From contig NW_024704742.1 in assembly GCF_018977255.1 (NCBI RefSeq), positions 58,778,001 to 58,842,000 of the forward strand: a stretch of 64,000 nucleotides of DNA, written 5' to 3'. A program made the position numbers and the translations under genes. Below the pieces are notes generated by a model, which was given only the letters and a program-made list of their open reading frames with translations, did not search any database and had not been told where the DNA came from. Origin of the DNA: Callorhinchus milii (Eukaryota). Shown here piece by piece: positions 50,535-62,045 of the stretch; position 1 is the first letter of the stretch, and each line of letters opens with the position of its first letter.

Positions 50535-50766
50535 CAGGTGAGCAGAGGAGTGGGGCAGGGGGGTACGAGTAGCTCAGAAAGGTAAGGAGGAGCTAGGGCA
50601 AGAGGGGATTTGTCTGCGAGGGTGAGGCTCTTGAAATTGATTCTTTTGGAGATGGCGAACCAGTGGAACCTGGGAGAAGATTTGGGTGCTGGGCATGTGG
50701 AATTTAATACAGTGGAACTCAGCTGGTCACAATAAACGAGCAAGGAGGGTCCACCTACCAAACTGA
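50535..50766 (-). mobile_element. L2 fragment plus flank, duplicated at 55850-56072
   Basis: Reverse peptide RFHWFAISKRINFKSLTL..LAPPYLSELL; collinear with the 55.9-kb copy including non-L2 flank. Confidence 0.75.
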
Positions 50767-50767
50767 C

Positions 50768-50878
50768 ACGCCCTAATGCAAGACCTTTCCGATGAGGTAT
50801 AAATCATAAATCTCTACGTCAATCGGTTATTGCATTCTTAGCAAACAGACAGACATTTCGTCTTTATTAGTATATAAA
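50768..50878 (-). mobile_element. Putative Helitron/Helentron-type 5' end
   Basis: Reverse strand reads TATATACTAATAAAGACGAAATGTCTGTCTGTTTG..ATACCTCATCGGAAAGGTCTTG, resembling TC-TATACTAATAAA+(CTGT)n starts of non-autonomous Helitrons. No matching 3' CTAG end confirmed. Confidence 0.4.
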
Positions 50879-51369
50879 ATAGTTGTTAATCCAACCACTG
50901 GATTAATAATGTTTTCTTATCCCAGTAAATACTGTACTATGGTAAAATGCTTTGTGACATCTGTCCTTGTTGCAATGTCTCTAGCTCTAACCTGTTGTCT
51001 CTGTTCTTTTAACTTGCAGTGTTTATTCACTAAAACATAAAATATACACTTTTTTAAAAATGGACTATGACTTGTTGCGGTGCAAATTGTGATGAGTGTT
51101 GTTAATTGGTACTAATTAACAAGTCGGTATAACATTGGCTAATGAACACGGTGATGAAATTGACAGGTTGATTTGTTAATCATCAACTGGCATATGCCCA
51201 CCCCCCCCTCCCGTAACACCATTGGCAACGGTTATGCCCAGAATCAGATTGCATCAGGAATTGGACTTCTAGCTCACAGGTTGTGACATTACCATTAATC
51301 CCTCCACATTACCTTTGAATTCCTCCACATCCTCACCCCCACATTACCTCTATCATCCCTACCTTCCCA

Positions 51370-51680
51370 GCTATTTCCTTTGCCAAGCGAGCAATGGCCT
51401 GCTTCATTCCCCTGGCTGATCCACCACACAATCAGCAGGTGAGCTTTCAGCCATTCTGTCCCCACTCTCTGGCAGTCTATCCCAGAGTCGCTCTTGATTC
51501 ATCCCTCACTCCCCACTTTCAAATCACATCTCAAGATGTACGCCTTTGACTGTGCTTTCAGACATTATTCCCTTCCACATCCTCCTCGACTCCCATCCCC
51601 AGCTCATGCGCAGCCAACGCTCTGAATCATTTTGAGATTTCCATCAACGTGAAAGGTGCTATATATAAATGTATATTGTA
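51370..51680 (+). mobile_element. Degraded L2 3' fragment
   Basis: GAGCTTTCAGCC..CTTTCAAATCACATCTCAAGA..CAACGTGAAAGGTGCTATAT. Confidence 0.7.
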
Positions 51681-52254
51681 TTAGACTGCTGGTTAGTGAG
51701 ATACCGGCTTAAATCTAAATTTATCTGAATGAAAACCCAGGATGCTTCCATATTTTCTGGGCTGGTAGCTTTACAGGGCGTAGTGATAAGAAAGTCATAA
51801 TCGCTGATGCATCTCTGAAACAGCACTTACTGTCAGCAGTCAATCACAGAGCCTTTACGCAATCCAAATAAAAACAGCAAGTGGGACTGTATCTCAGAAC
51901 CAAGTGCTCTCTGGCTGTGTAGAAGCTAACAAGTTACAAAAGTAAACAAAAGTGTGGAATTGTTGCTTTGCAGGTTCTGCAGGTTCCATGCCTCAAAAGG
52001 AGGAGGGGGAGTGGGGGGGTTTCGAAAAATGATGAGGACACAAAAGCTCTCTGTTGGATCTTCCTCTCCACACATATGTTTAAACATAGGACAAATACCA
52101 AGAGATAAATGCTTCTTAGCCACCTGAATAACCACTGTATTAATCTTTCAATACATATTCTTAAATTGCTGTTGTTAATTTGTGGGAAAAAAAGATTTTC
52201 CCGGGTGCTTAAAAAGAGCTTGAATTTGTGACAATTTGCTGCTGCATTAACTCC

Positions 52255-52408
52255 ACGGCTGTTTGTGGGACACTGCTGTATGCAAATTGGTTGCCACATT
52301 TCATCCACAAAATTCACATTGTCACACCACTTCATAGTATATACTGCAAAGGTCTTTGAGATGTCTTGATGATGTGACAAGATGCTATATCAAATGCTAG
52401 GATTATTA
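52255..52408 (+). mobile_element. SINE 3' half
   Basis: GGCTGTTTGTGGGACACTGCTGT..GCTATATCAAATGCTAGGATTATTA. Confidence 0.85.
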
Positions 52409-52850
52409 TAATAATTCTTGCATTTGATACAGCACCTTATCACTTGGTTGAGAAGTTTCAAAGAGCTTCACAAAATATAGTGTGAATTGGATTGGCTGTA
52501 TTTTGTATGTGAAACGCAGCAGCCAGTTGTGCACAGCGATGTCCCACAAACAGCCATGGAGTGAGTGACCAACAGTTGAGGTACAGATCAGCCATGATCT
52601 AATTAAATAGTGGAACAGGCTTGAAGGGCTGAACGGCCTCCTCCTATTCCTATGTTCCAATTTTATTTGGGGTAGGACGTTGGCCAGGACGCTGGGAGAA
52701 ACTCCCTTCTATTTTCGAAGAGTTCCATGGGACCTTTAAGATCCACCTGAACAGGCAGATTGGACCTTGGATTAATGTCCCAATCTGAAGGAAGCTACCT
52801 CCAACATCTCAACATACCCCAGCACTGCATTGGAGTGTTATCTTAGACTA
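52408..52850 (-). mobile_element. Deu-domain SINE interrupted by a CR1 tail (52573-52656, + strand)
   Basis: Reverse tail and Deu core; inserted GATCAGCCATGATC..GGCTTGAAGGGCTGAACGGCCTCCTCCTATTCCTATGTT is flanked by CCAA on both sides. Confidence 0.85.
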
Positions 52851-52864
52851 TTATATTTGATAGA

Positions 52865-53075
52865 TCACATTTATATGGCGCCCTTCATGTAAGGTAATGT
52901 CTCAAAGTGCTTACATGGATGGGGTTGGACACTGAGCAAGGAGAGGGAAAGACGCCCACAGGCACATTCAAAGAGGCAATACTTGAAGAGAGAGACACAG
53001 AGTGTGTGTGTGTATGGGGGGGGGGGGGGGGGGTGCGGTTGAGACGGAGGGAGTTCTAAAGGTTAAGGATGTAAG
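52865..53075 (-). mobile_element. L2 3' end containing a (GT)n/poly-G microsatellite
   Basis: CACATTTATATGGCGCCCTTCATG..GAGGGAGTTCTAAAGG; G run at about 53016-53033. Confidence 0.6.
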
Positions 53076-53187
53076 ACATTTAGAAAATTTAAAGGAATAG
53101 TTATGAGGCCACCCCCAGCAAATGTGCTGCAGGAGAAGGCACATTCCTCTATGCTACCCAAGTCTGCGTATAATCAAGAAGGAAACG

Positions 53188-53541
53188 ATAATAATGATCC
53201 TTGCATTTGGTACAGTGTCTTATCCATATTCGAGAGTTCAAAGCGATTCACAGAATATACTGCAAAGTGAACTGACTGTATATTTTGTAGGCAAAATGCG
53301 GCAGCCAAATTCGCACAGCAATGTTCCACAAATAGTCATGGATTGAGTGACCAATTTTTTTTAAAGAATTATTTTCCCTGGAAAAGGAATCCAGCATTCG
53401 ACTAACTACCGGGTTCCCACTTATTGCTAGGTAAACAGTGGCATTTGGAGTAAGGAAACCTGCCCAACATTTTGCCTTGCTGGGAATTGAACCCAGATTT
53501 CTCTTTTGCAAGGCGAGTGCCCTAACACTGAGCTACAGGGC
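53188..53541 (-). mobile_element. tRNA-Ala-derived SINE, long subtype
   Basis: Contains the reverse of GTTTACCTAGCAATAAGTGGGAACCCGGTAG seen in the copy at 4-386. Confidence 0.9.
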
Positions 53542-55104
53542 AATGTACGATTGTGCTGGACTCTTCAACAGTCTTAAAACCCAGATGGATTTGGAAGCCA
53601 CATTCCTCGTTAAATCAGCTTCCAAATCTAGGCTGGCATTTCCCAAACATCCGCCTGGTCGCAAATCAGAAGACTGTAGTTCCTACACCTGAGGACAGGA
53701 GAAATTTTGTGTGTGGGATGAGGGGGAGGGGGGGTGGTATTCATCTTCGCAAATGAAACAGTGGCGTAAAAGATCAGTGTATTTCAGCTACACCTTGAGA
53801 TGGGCTTGTATGGACCTAAATTTCCTTCTCAGGAAGCGGAACTAAAGTGGGGTGCAGCCAAGGTTGGGGGTGGGGGAGGGGTGGGGGCATGTGTCTGAGA
53901 AAGATGTCTAGACAGATGAGGTCAGAGATGCAAGTTAGACAGAGTGGGAGGGTATCATCACAGGTAAATGCATAGTAAGTTTCCACTTAAAAGGGCAAAA
54001 AGTGGGGGAGAGAGAGAGAGGCCCGCATTAAGCACCTGGAACGGAGCTCGAAAAACCCTCAGCAGAAACGACTTAATTTAATCCCCAGAATCGTGCCCAT
54101 TGCAGCCTACTCCACAGGATTTGGAGTACCTACTTTTATTACGAATGATTCTTTTTATCAAAAATATATGGGTATTATATGTGGAAAACAAAAATTTGGG
54201 ATGACACTTTCATCTTTTTCTTTTGCACAGTGCCTGAGAGCAATCTTCACTGATAGCGTTATCGCGGGGTCGGTGGGGTATGGGAGTGGGAGAGCATGGT
54301 CGAAGATAGGTGCTTATGAAAAGGTTTACTTGACGAATGCAAAAAAGATTTTATAAAGTTTTTTTATATAACTTCAAAGGAATATTGTCAAATTCTATCA
54401 AGTTCTTAGGACGTATAGCACTCATAGCTCGAGAAATAAAATTCCAAAATATCCAGTGAATCTGCAGAGAATCAATTCTTTGATCATCTTTTCTGATGTA
54501 TAAGCTTGTTTAAGGAGGTTAATACAATAGGATTTCATGGTTTCAAATCTTTCAATGTAATTTCCCTCAATTTCTTGTTATCATGTTCCACTGCCCTTCA
54601 TTTATATGTCTTTATTAGGATGCATCTTTGTAAACCAGACAATGGAATAGGTTACAGGCTAGATATGTGACCCGCAAGGCATGCCGTCTACATAATAAGC
54701 TGTCATGTTCCTCTCCTCAGACTGTATCCCTTTCATGCAACAATTTAGTGATGCATTCCATTCCCTTGTCAGGCTACAATCAGACAGAAATGTGCCAGGG
54801 AAGAAAAAAAGAGACCTTTAACCTGTACCTTTTCTATTTCAGCCACAAGGTCTCCACTCCAAGATTAATTTCCTTCGAAGTGCACAAAGACAAGTCTGAT
54901 CTGAAACACAGTTAAAGTGGCGCCACCCTCATATCAACTGATTTGCAAACTACTTTAGTAGTTAGTAAGGCAAACACAACATACGCACAGTCATGCCACT
55001 TTAGGGAATAACTTGTGAAGCACTTTGAGATGTGTCAACGACATGATGGTGTATGAATTGCAAGGATTATTATTCTAATAAAAGTTTTAATTTTAAGTTA
55101 TTTA

Positions 55105-55207
55105 GATGTAACACTCAAACAATGGAAACAGCTATTGTTCGAGTGTTACATCGAAAACTCAAACTATTGACCCACCAATCAACTCTGGATGGTTGATGGG
55201 TCAATAG
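55105..55207. other. Two adjacent near-perfect inverted repeats (double hairpin)
   Basis: GATGTAACACTC-A-AACAAT/ATTGTT-C-GAGTGTTACATC (55105-55152) and CTATTGACCCA../..TGGGTCAATAG (55164-55207). Confidence 0.9.
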
Positions 55208-55599
55208 AAAATGTGCAGTCGAAGAATCAGAACTTACAGAAACCTAAAATGAAACACCTAACTGGATCGATATTTAACACAGATATTTTTATAGGCAGCA
55301 TTTCTTAATACTAATCTTTAAACTGTCATTGATCTCTATTAATGTAATTATTCCCTTTATTGCAGACACTCTCACGTGTAATAAATCTTTTTCTGATGTC
55401 TATTATTTCACTAGCTATCGTTTTCTGTGCTTACGCAGAAGGCCCAGGCCTTTGAGTTTGCCAAGACATTTTTGTCAATTTCATTACTAAAATGAAAAAT
55501 GTGCATATGCGTTCGAAGCGAAAAAGGGGATTGTCATAAGCTTTGAGATAGGAGCTGTTAGCTTGACATCTTTGAGCTCCAATTGTTAAGGCAAGAAAT

Positions 55600-56010
55600 A
55601 CAACAACAATAATTTGCATTTATATAAAATTCTTCACACCGGAAACATCTTGGAGGGCTACATAGAGGCGAGGTTGGATGATAAGCAAGGGAGAAGGGGG
55701 AGGTGACCATAGGTGCAGTCAAAGAGATAGGTCTTAAAGTAGAAATTAAGGATAGATAGAGGGGAAGAAACTGAAAAGGGAGTTTCTAATGTTAGGGGCA
55801 TGATGGCTGAAGGCACAGTCACTGGAGATATCATTGGATGTACAGCAGACATGAGCAAAGGAATGGGGGTTACGAGTAGGTCAGAAAAGTAAGGAGGAGC
55901 TAGGGCAAGAGGGAATCTCTATGTCAGAGTGAGGATCTTGAAATTGGTTCTTGGAGACGGGGAGCCAGTGGAACCTGGGCGAAGATTAGGGTGATGGGCA
56001 GGTGGAGCTC
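55600..56010 (-). mobile_element. Degraded L2 3' fragment
   Basis: Reverse tail and peptide FKTYLFD; GTGAGGATCTTGAA..GGGAGCCAGTGGA. Confidence 0.8.
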
Positions 56011-56124
56011 AGTACAGTGGAACTCAGTTGGTCACAGTAAACGAGCAATGAGTGGTCTGTCTATCATACTGAGAAAGCTTCACTGCTCAGTGGAGTAGGG
56101 AGAGTAGTGGGGTGAAACATTACA

Positions 56125-56848
56125 ATTTATGTTGTTTGACCCTGAACTGTCCTTTCTCCCCCACATCTGCACCATGACCGGCACTGCCTACCACCACCTC
56201 CGCAATATTGCCAGACTCTGCCACTGCCTCACCCCTCAGGCTGCCGAAACCCTCACCCACGGATTCGTCACCTCAAGGCTTGATTACGGGAACTCCCTCC
56301 TCATCGGCCTTCCCAACTTTTCCCTTAACAAGCTGCAGATCATCCAAAACTCTGTAGCTTGTGTACTTTCACGCACCAGGTTCCGCGACACCATCACTCC
56401 CACCCTCGCTCCCCATCCCCCAGAGGATCGAGTTCAAGATCCTCGTCCTCACCTGTAAAGCCATCCATTGCATTGCCCCCTCCTACCTCTCTGACCTGCT
56501 GACTCCCTACCAACCTGCCCGCTCCCTCTGTTCATCAGGCTCTGGTCTGCTCCATGTCTCCCGCCCAAACCACCTTATCATCGGTGGCCGGGCTTTCAGC
56601 TTCTCTGCCCACACGCTCTGGAACTCCATCCCATGGTCCCTTCGCCTCGCTTCCTCCCTTGCCTCCTTCAAGGCCGGTCTCAAGACCCTTCCCTTCGACT
56701 GTGCCTTTGGGCTCCCTCCCACCTCTCTGCCTTCCCTCACCCCTACATCACACCTCCCCCATGCTCGGGCCCCGACACCTAACTGTTCAGCGCTTTGGGA
56801 CGTCCTCCCGACGTGAAAGGTGCTCTATCAGTGTAATTTTGTTGTTGC
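56125..56848 (+). mobile_element. L2 LINE 3' fragment (ORF2 C-terminus, frameshifted)
   Basis: LFDPELSFLPHI..AYHHLRNIARL..AETLTHGFVTSRLDYGNSLLIGLP..LQIIQNS, then IPQRIEFKILVLT..GGRAFS..LWNSIP..FKAGLKT, plus tail. Confidence 0.95.
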
Positions 56849-57959
56849 TTGTTGTTATGAAATATTGCTGGATCTGTTAAGCACCATTTGTTCATCCCGT
56901 AATTGAAAAAGAAAAAACCTTGAGTAATTATCTTTATTTCTCCATACATTTAATTTCCAAACTCTTTCAAAACCACTTCATCTTCCCACCTCTTTTCCTG
57001 CCTTTGAAATCCCATCTAAAAACATTCAACAGTCAACATCTTTAAATTTCTTAATATTGGAGCTGGATGTGAACCATTACATTCGCCAAGGGTCTCAAGT
57101 TTATATGTGAGAGCTGCTGCATAAATGCAAGCTCTTCTTGTTGTCAATGTATATCAGAAAAGTGAGTGATAAAAACCAATAAGACAATTAGCAATGAGCA
57201 ACATTCTTGGAACAAGCTGAAATTTTCAACTGGTTTGATTTCACTTTTGTGTCAAATTCAGACTTTGGTCCTCAAAAGAACTGTTAAAGTAGGACTGTAA
57301 TAGTAAGTTGTAATAAATTTGCCTTCTGAGGCTCCAATGCTTCAGCCATTCTTAACAAGCTGAGGCTGACATTGCGGTCAAGGGAGGAAGATCAAAACAG
57401 GCCCCCTACCAGTTACAGGCTTGATCTTGCTAAGATTCTGATGGTGGCTGAGTTCATGGAGGTAGAGTCTACAGTCAGCAGGGATCAATTGAAGAAATCT
57501 TCAAACTCAGAATTAGCATTGAAGCCAGAATACTGATCCAAAGCTCCAAATCTCTGGCTCTTCATCACCATCCTAGCTACCAGCTATAGTCAACTAATTT
57601 ATTCTCTCCTCCTTCCTCACCCCTCCACCCACACTCATATATGTAATGATTGATATAGCAATGTTGTCAATTGAAAACTAATCAATGACCTTAAATCAGG
57701 CTAAATGATGAGCAAGAATCATGAATAAATCTGATGGCTTATTACAGACACATAAACAAATATTTTTCTCTCCACATACCCCACAAAAATTGCCATCAAT
57801 TTACTATAGTCAGAGGAGCAGTAAATATATACTAATGGATTGAATTAGTATTTGAATCCTTTGATTGGATCAGTAGCTGTGGCAGTATGGTCACTGGGCT
57901 TTCACTCCAAACCTTGATTACAGTTCAAATTCACACACTCTTTATTTTGATGAAAGATT

Positions 57960-58205
57960 TAACATACTCTTCAACATGTTCACCTGCAAAATACAGTCAA
58001 TGAGCTCTGCAGTATCCTGTGAGGTACTCTGAGACATATTGATGAAGTGATAAGCTATATCAAATGCAAGGTTAATATTATAAATAGCACTAGAATTGTC
58101 AAGACAACTCCATTTTTTTCCGCTATACTTTACAATTTATTCTGTGAAACGTTGTGAGACGTCTCAATGATGTGATAAGGTACTATATCAAATGGAAGGA
58201 TTAGT
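57960..58205 (+). mobile_element. Two SINE tail fragments
   Basis: GTGATAAGCTATATCAAATGCAAGG and GAGACGTCTCAATGATGTGATAAGGTACTATATCAAATGGAAGG. Confidence 0.75.
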
Positions 58206-58244
58206 ATGACTATCTTCAGGATGTGCAGAAATCTACCAGGACTG

Positions 58245-58920
58245 ACTCCCTTGATGGCTTATTGGGTAAACCCAATGTAGCCATACAGACCAAACAAGTC
58301 CCAGGTTCAATTCTGGATCTCTGTTGAGTTCATTGATCTTAGCTTGGGTAGATTGGGGAGATGAATGGGGGAAAGATTCTAGTAATTAGCCTCATTATCC
58401 CTGGGCTAGGAAAGCGTGTTAAGCAGCCAGGGCTTTTGCTTCAGATAAATAATAATAATACTTGTATTTGATATAGTTCTTTTCACGTCTTCTAGACATC
58501 TCAAAGCACTTCACAGAATGTAAAGTGAATTGACTGTATATTTGTGGGCGAACTGCGACAGCCAATTGCGCACAGCAGTGTCCCACAAACAGTCGTGGAT
58601 TGAAGTGACCAATTTCTTATTGGTGTTGTTTTCATGAGGGATTATTATCAGGCGTGTGGAGTAAGGAAACTTGCCCAAGGTTTCACCCTGCTGGGAATCG
58701 AACCCAGGTCTCTCACTTGCGAGGCGATTACCAACCAAGGGTTCCCTGAAGGAAAGTGCTTGTGAGGTCAAAAAAGGGTCAGCGTGATACCTCCCTGTCT
58801 ACAGTCGAAAAGCCTGCTGGCACTCATTATTAGGCTCACAGATGAAGACAAGCCACTTGGGTGAGTTGCTGGAAAGTCGCCAACATTGCTGGGACTGTCA
58901 TGTGCCAGCACCTTCAGGAA
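58245..58920 (+). mobile_element. AmnSINE2-like ancient SINE split by a younger SINE
   Basis: AGCCATACAGACC..CCCAGGTTCAATTC..CCTGGGCTAGG..CAGCCAGGG (to ~58445) and GTCGAAAAGCCTGC..TAGGCTCAC..GCCACTTGGG..CACCTTCAGGA (58735-58920). Name from memory of the consensus. Confidence 0.65.
58448..58727 (-). mobile_element. tRNA-Ala-derived SINE lacking its first ~30 nt
   Basis: Reverse tail, body and B box GGTTCGATTCC; A box missing. Confidence 0.92.
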
Positions 58921-60054
58921 TGGATTGCAAATATAAGGTATGAAAACAAGCTCAGTCAACCCATGAATGTAGAAAGGTGAAACACACTCCATATTCACCA
59001 GCTTCCATTTTGAATTTAACACTCCTGTCCCTATCCTGCAAAATATGTCTTTGGGATTTCAAACTAGCCTTTTTGTCTGTCCCTACCTACAGCACAGAAA
59101 AAGCTTGTTCTGAGCTTGTGAGAGCTTTACGGACATCTGTTCACAATTATTCATCAAGGACCGAACTGTAAAATGCAAACCCAGCTCATGCAGTATCTAA
59201 AGGCTGGGAGCCCACTGGATTGTATATAACATAGTTCAAAATGGGACTTGCAACAGCAGCCTTTTTGGCTTCAGTTTAAGGGTCAAGAATAAGAACAAAA
59301 CATTGTGTATTTCCGTAATCAAGCTGACACCTCACTGCTGATACCAGAGGCCAGAACGTGAGTATGGTCCAAATTAAAATCAACAGTCTTTAGAGCCCAG
59401 GGTGTTTGTGTCAGGAAAGGTTTGTTTCTGTCTGCCCCGGGTCACATGTGATAACTTCATAGTCTTGAGTACTGAGTATGCACTGACTGACGGACCTATA
59501 GGAATCAATAGGTGTGAAAGATTGCAAAGAATTAGTGGGGCCCACATTGACGTAACTATTGTCCAGAGGGATTATTTGTCCGGCTGAGTATTACAACTTG
59601 AACAAAGGTTTCTTTGCTCTGATGCTCTCCACTACATAATTGGCATTGGGAAGTAACAAGCACAACTTCAAACTCAATGTTTAATTAAGTCATGGGTCTC
59701 AGGAACGTTCCTCTAGTTTTTAGCCTGCAGCCTTCTCTGTAGGTCAGCTCTTGTAATTGAATACAAAGTCTTTGTAAAACTCAAAACAAGCCCAAAGCAG
59801 CTGCTGGAAAATGAAGTTACTCTTTGATAGCTGCCACTGAGACCTTGGAATGAGCATGCCGTAGTTCTGCACCTGTTGATCTGAGCACAACCTCACACAA
59901 TGTAAAGCACTGCTTAACAATTGCTGAACTATGTAAAACTAAATCTTCCTGAATGCACAAAGTAAATAATTCTCTTTGCAGTTTTTGGTCCCAATGGGCT
60001 AATTGTCACTTCTGATAGTAGTTTGTTTGGGGTTGATGAAGTAATTTGAGGAGA

Positions 60055-60122
60055 AACAACACAACAACAAAATTACATTTGTAAAGTGCCTTTCATGTCG
60101 GGAGGACGTTCCAAGGCGCTGG
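60055..60122 (-). mobile_element. L2 3' tail only
   Basis: ACAACAACAAAATTACATTTGTAAAGTGCCTTTCATGTCGGGAGGACGTTCCAAGGCGCTG. Confidence 0.85.
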
Positions 60123-61884
60123 AGAAAAAGCAAGTTGGAAGTGAAGTTCATTAACCATTTCATTCTTGCAGTAATTCTGCTACCTGAAAAGACTTTGAAC
60201 ATGTCGGAACGGCTCCAACATGTGCACAGGGACAGCAGCCAATTCTCTGAATATCCTCAATCCCATTTTTAGTGTCCCAGTGAAACAACATGCCTGAGTG
60301 GAGGGGCTAAGCAGCCCTCTGTGGTTCTGTCAGCAAGCCAGATGGCAGCAAACTATCTGTGGATTGAGCTGCCACAGCCAACATAGCAGATGATTTCCAT
60401 CATTTTAAAATATTTAGCAACATCGAGCCTGCATGCGTGGCCAGGTGAATATGTGTGGGGTCATTTGAATTTGATAGTTTGCATATCCTGTTCTTTGCAG
60501 TTGTTTTATGCAATTGTAAGGAATTTAGAAAGGGGGAAGGGGAGAAGGAGACTGGAAACAATTGTTGTGGCGGTATGGGTTTTATGGTATAGGTGGTATG
60601 CAGCAATTTTTTTAGAGGGTGCATCAACTATCCATTGTTCATGTCTACCAATTTTACAACAGTTTGTTTTCTATGGAAAGTATTCCAGTTTGACTGGAAA
60701 CGTTCTGTTCATTTTCAATATGTCGCGTTGAAAAATAATGAACGCAGAATATTTCTGTGCAAATTCTAAGGAGCTCTTCAACCAATTTAAAAAGTATTTT
60801 ACTGTACTCCCTTTATTCTGGATATTCCTGCAGAAAAGTAGCTCAGAATTGCCAAATCTAAGCCCCAAATGATGTCTTAGGTGTAATACTACTTCTGCAG
60901 CTCGGTTAAGTAACATCAGGACCTGGAGTGATCATGGGCTAAAAATTACCAAGCTTTTTTGAAAGTTAAGCTAAAATCAATTGACACTCAGACATATGTT
61001 TCACCGAGGTGGTGTTTCAGAGCACAGATGGATTTCGGAGAGTTTCTTCAGGGCTGTCAATGGGCAAACTTGGGAGTTTTCCCAAATGTAACATGTGGTT
61101 TATCAACCCTAATGGAGCCAGTGATAGCTTGAACTTTCCACACAGGAGATAGACTCCCAGCATAGTATACTTTGGAGCTCAACAGAAAGTGTATGCTCTA
61201 CAGACTTTAATTGCCTGTGCAATTTCTCACTGCCCTTCCAGGATGGCTTTCTAAAGAGGATAATGAAGTCAGAGCAGAAGTCCAAGTATACTGAGAGGAA
61301 CACCATTTATATATCTTTCCTGGCAAACCAGCTTCAAAATCATTTAAAAGTAGAACACCCATCTCACTGGAGGTAGGACTCGGATCACCTCAGGTCTCAT
61401 TCTCCAGACTGTTTTGGAAAGGATTTTGGCACAGTATTAGAAATAACTGGTGGAAAGCTTCAAGCAAACACTTGTGTGATCATTATCTTTTCAATCAATC
61501 AAATCACCCATACTCATTCTCCTGTCATTTTTAGTAATATACTGTTAGTGTGTAGTGCCATGGGAACAACTGCAACAGTTAAATCAAATACATTACTGAC
61601 ACCAATGAGATTACAATAGTAATGTTGTAATACTTTAAGAATTACACAAGTATTTGAATATTGATCTGACAGTTAATTAATGATCCATTGTTATTAATTG
61701 CAGACTTCCCTGACATACCTTTTTAAAGCTGTGTTCTATCACAATTAGTTTAATTGAATCAATAATAATCTTCCAAACCCAATGCTCCTGCAAAGATTGC
61801 AATCTCCAGACAATGTAAAGGTTACAGCAATAGGTCAGTTGTCCAGTGTTTCACTGAGGCATACAGATTGAGAACCTCCCTTAC

Positions 61885-62045
61885 TTAGCAACTGATCCTG
61901 TTCTGTTTTCAACCAATGTCCACAAATTCATACAAACTTTCCAGTAAACAACACTGGATAGCAATCTGGATTGGGAACCCCAGCTCATTTTTATAATTTC
62001 TGTCCCAGGAATACTGAGGCAATTTACAGATCCCTGACCAATGGC
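61885..62045 (-). mobile_element. AmnSINE2-like relic
   Basis: GATCCTGT..ACTTTCCAG..CACTGGATAGCAATC..GGAACCC..CCCAGG..CTGAGGCAATT. Confidence 0.5.

Noticed and set aside
61030..61058. Hammerhead-like CTGAAGA..GAAA on the minus strand
   Set aside because: The intervening AACTCTCC cannot form stem II. A similar CTGATAGA..GAAAC in repeat copy 4 is not conserved in the other copies.
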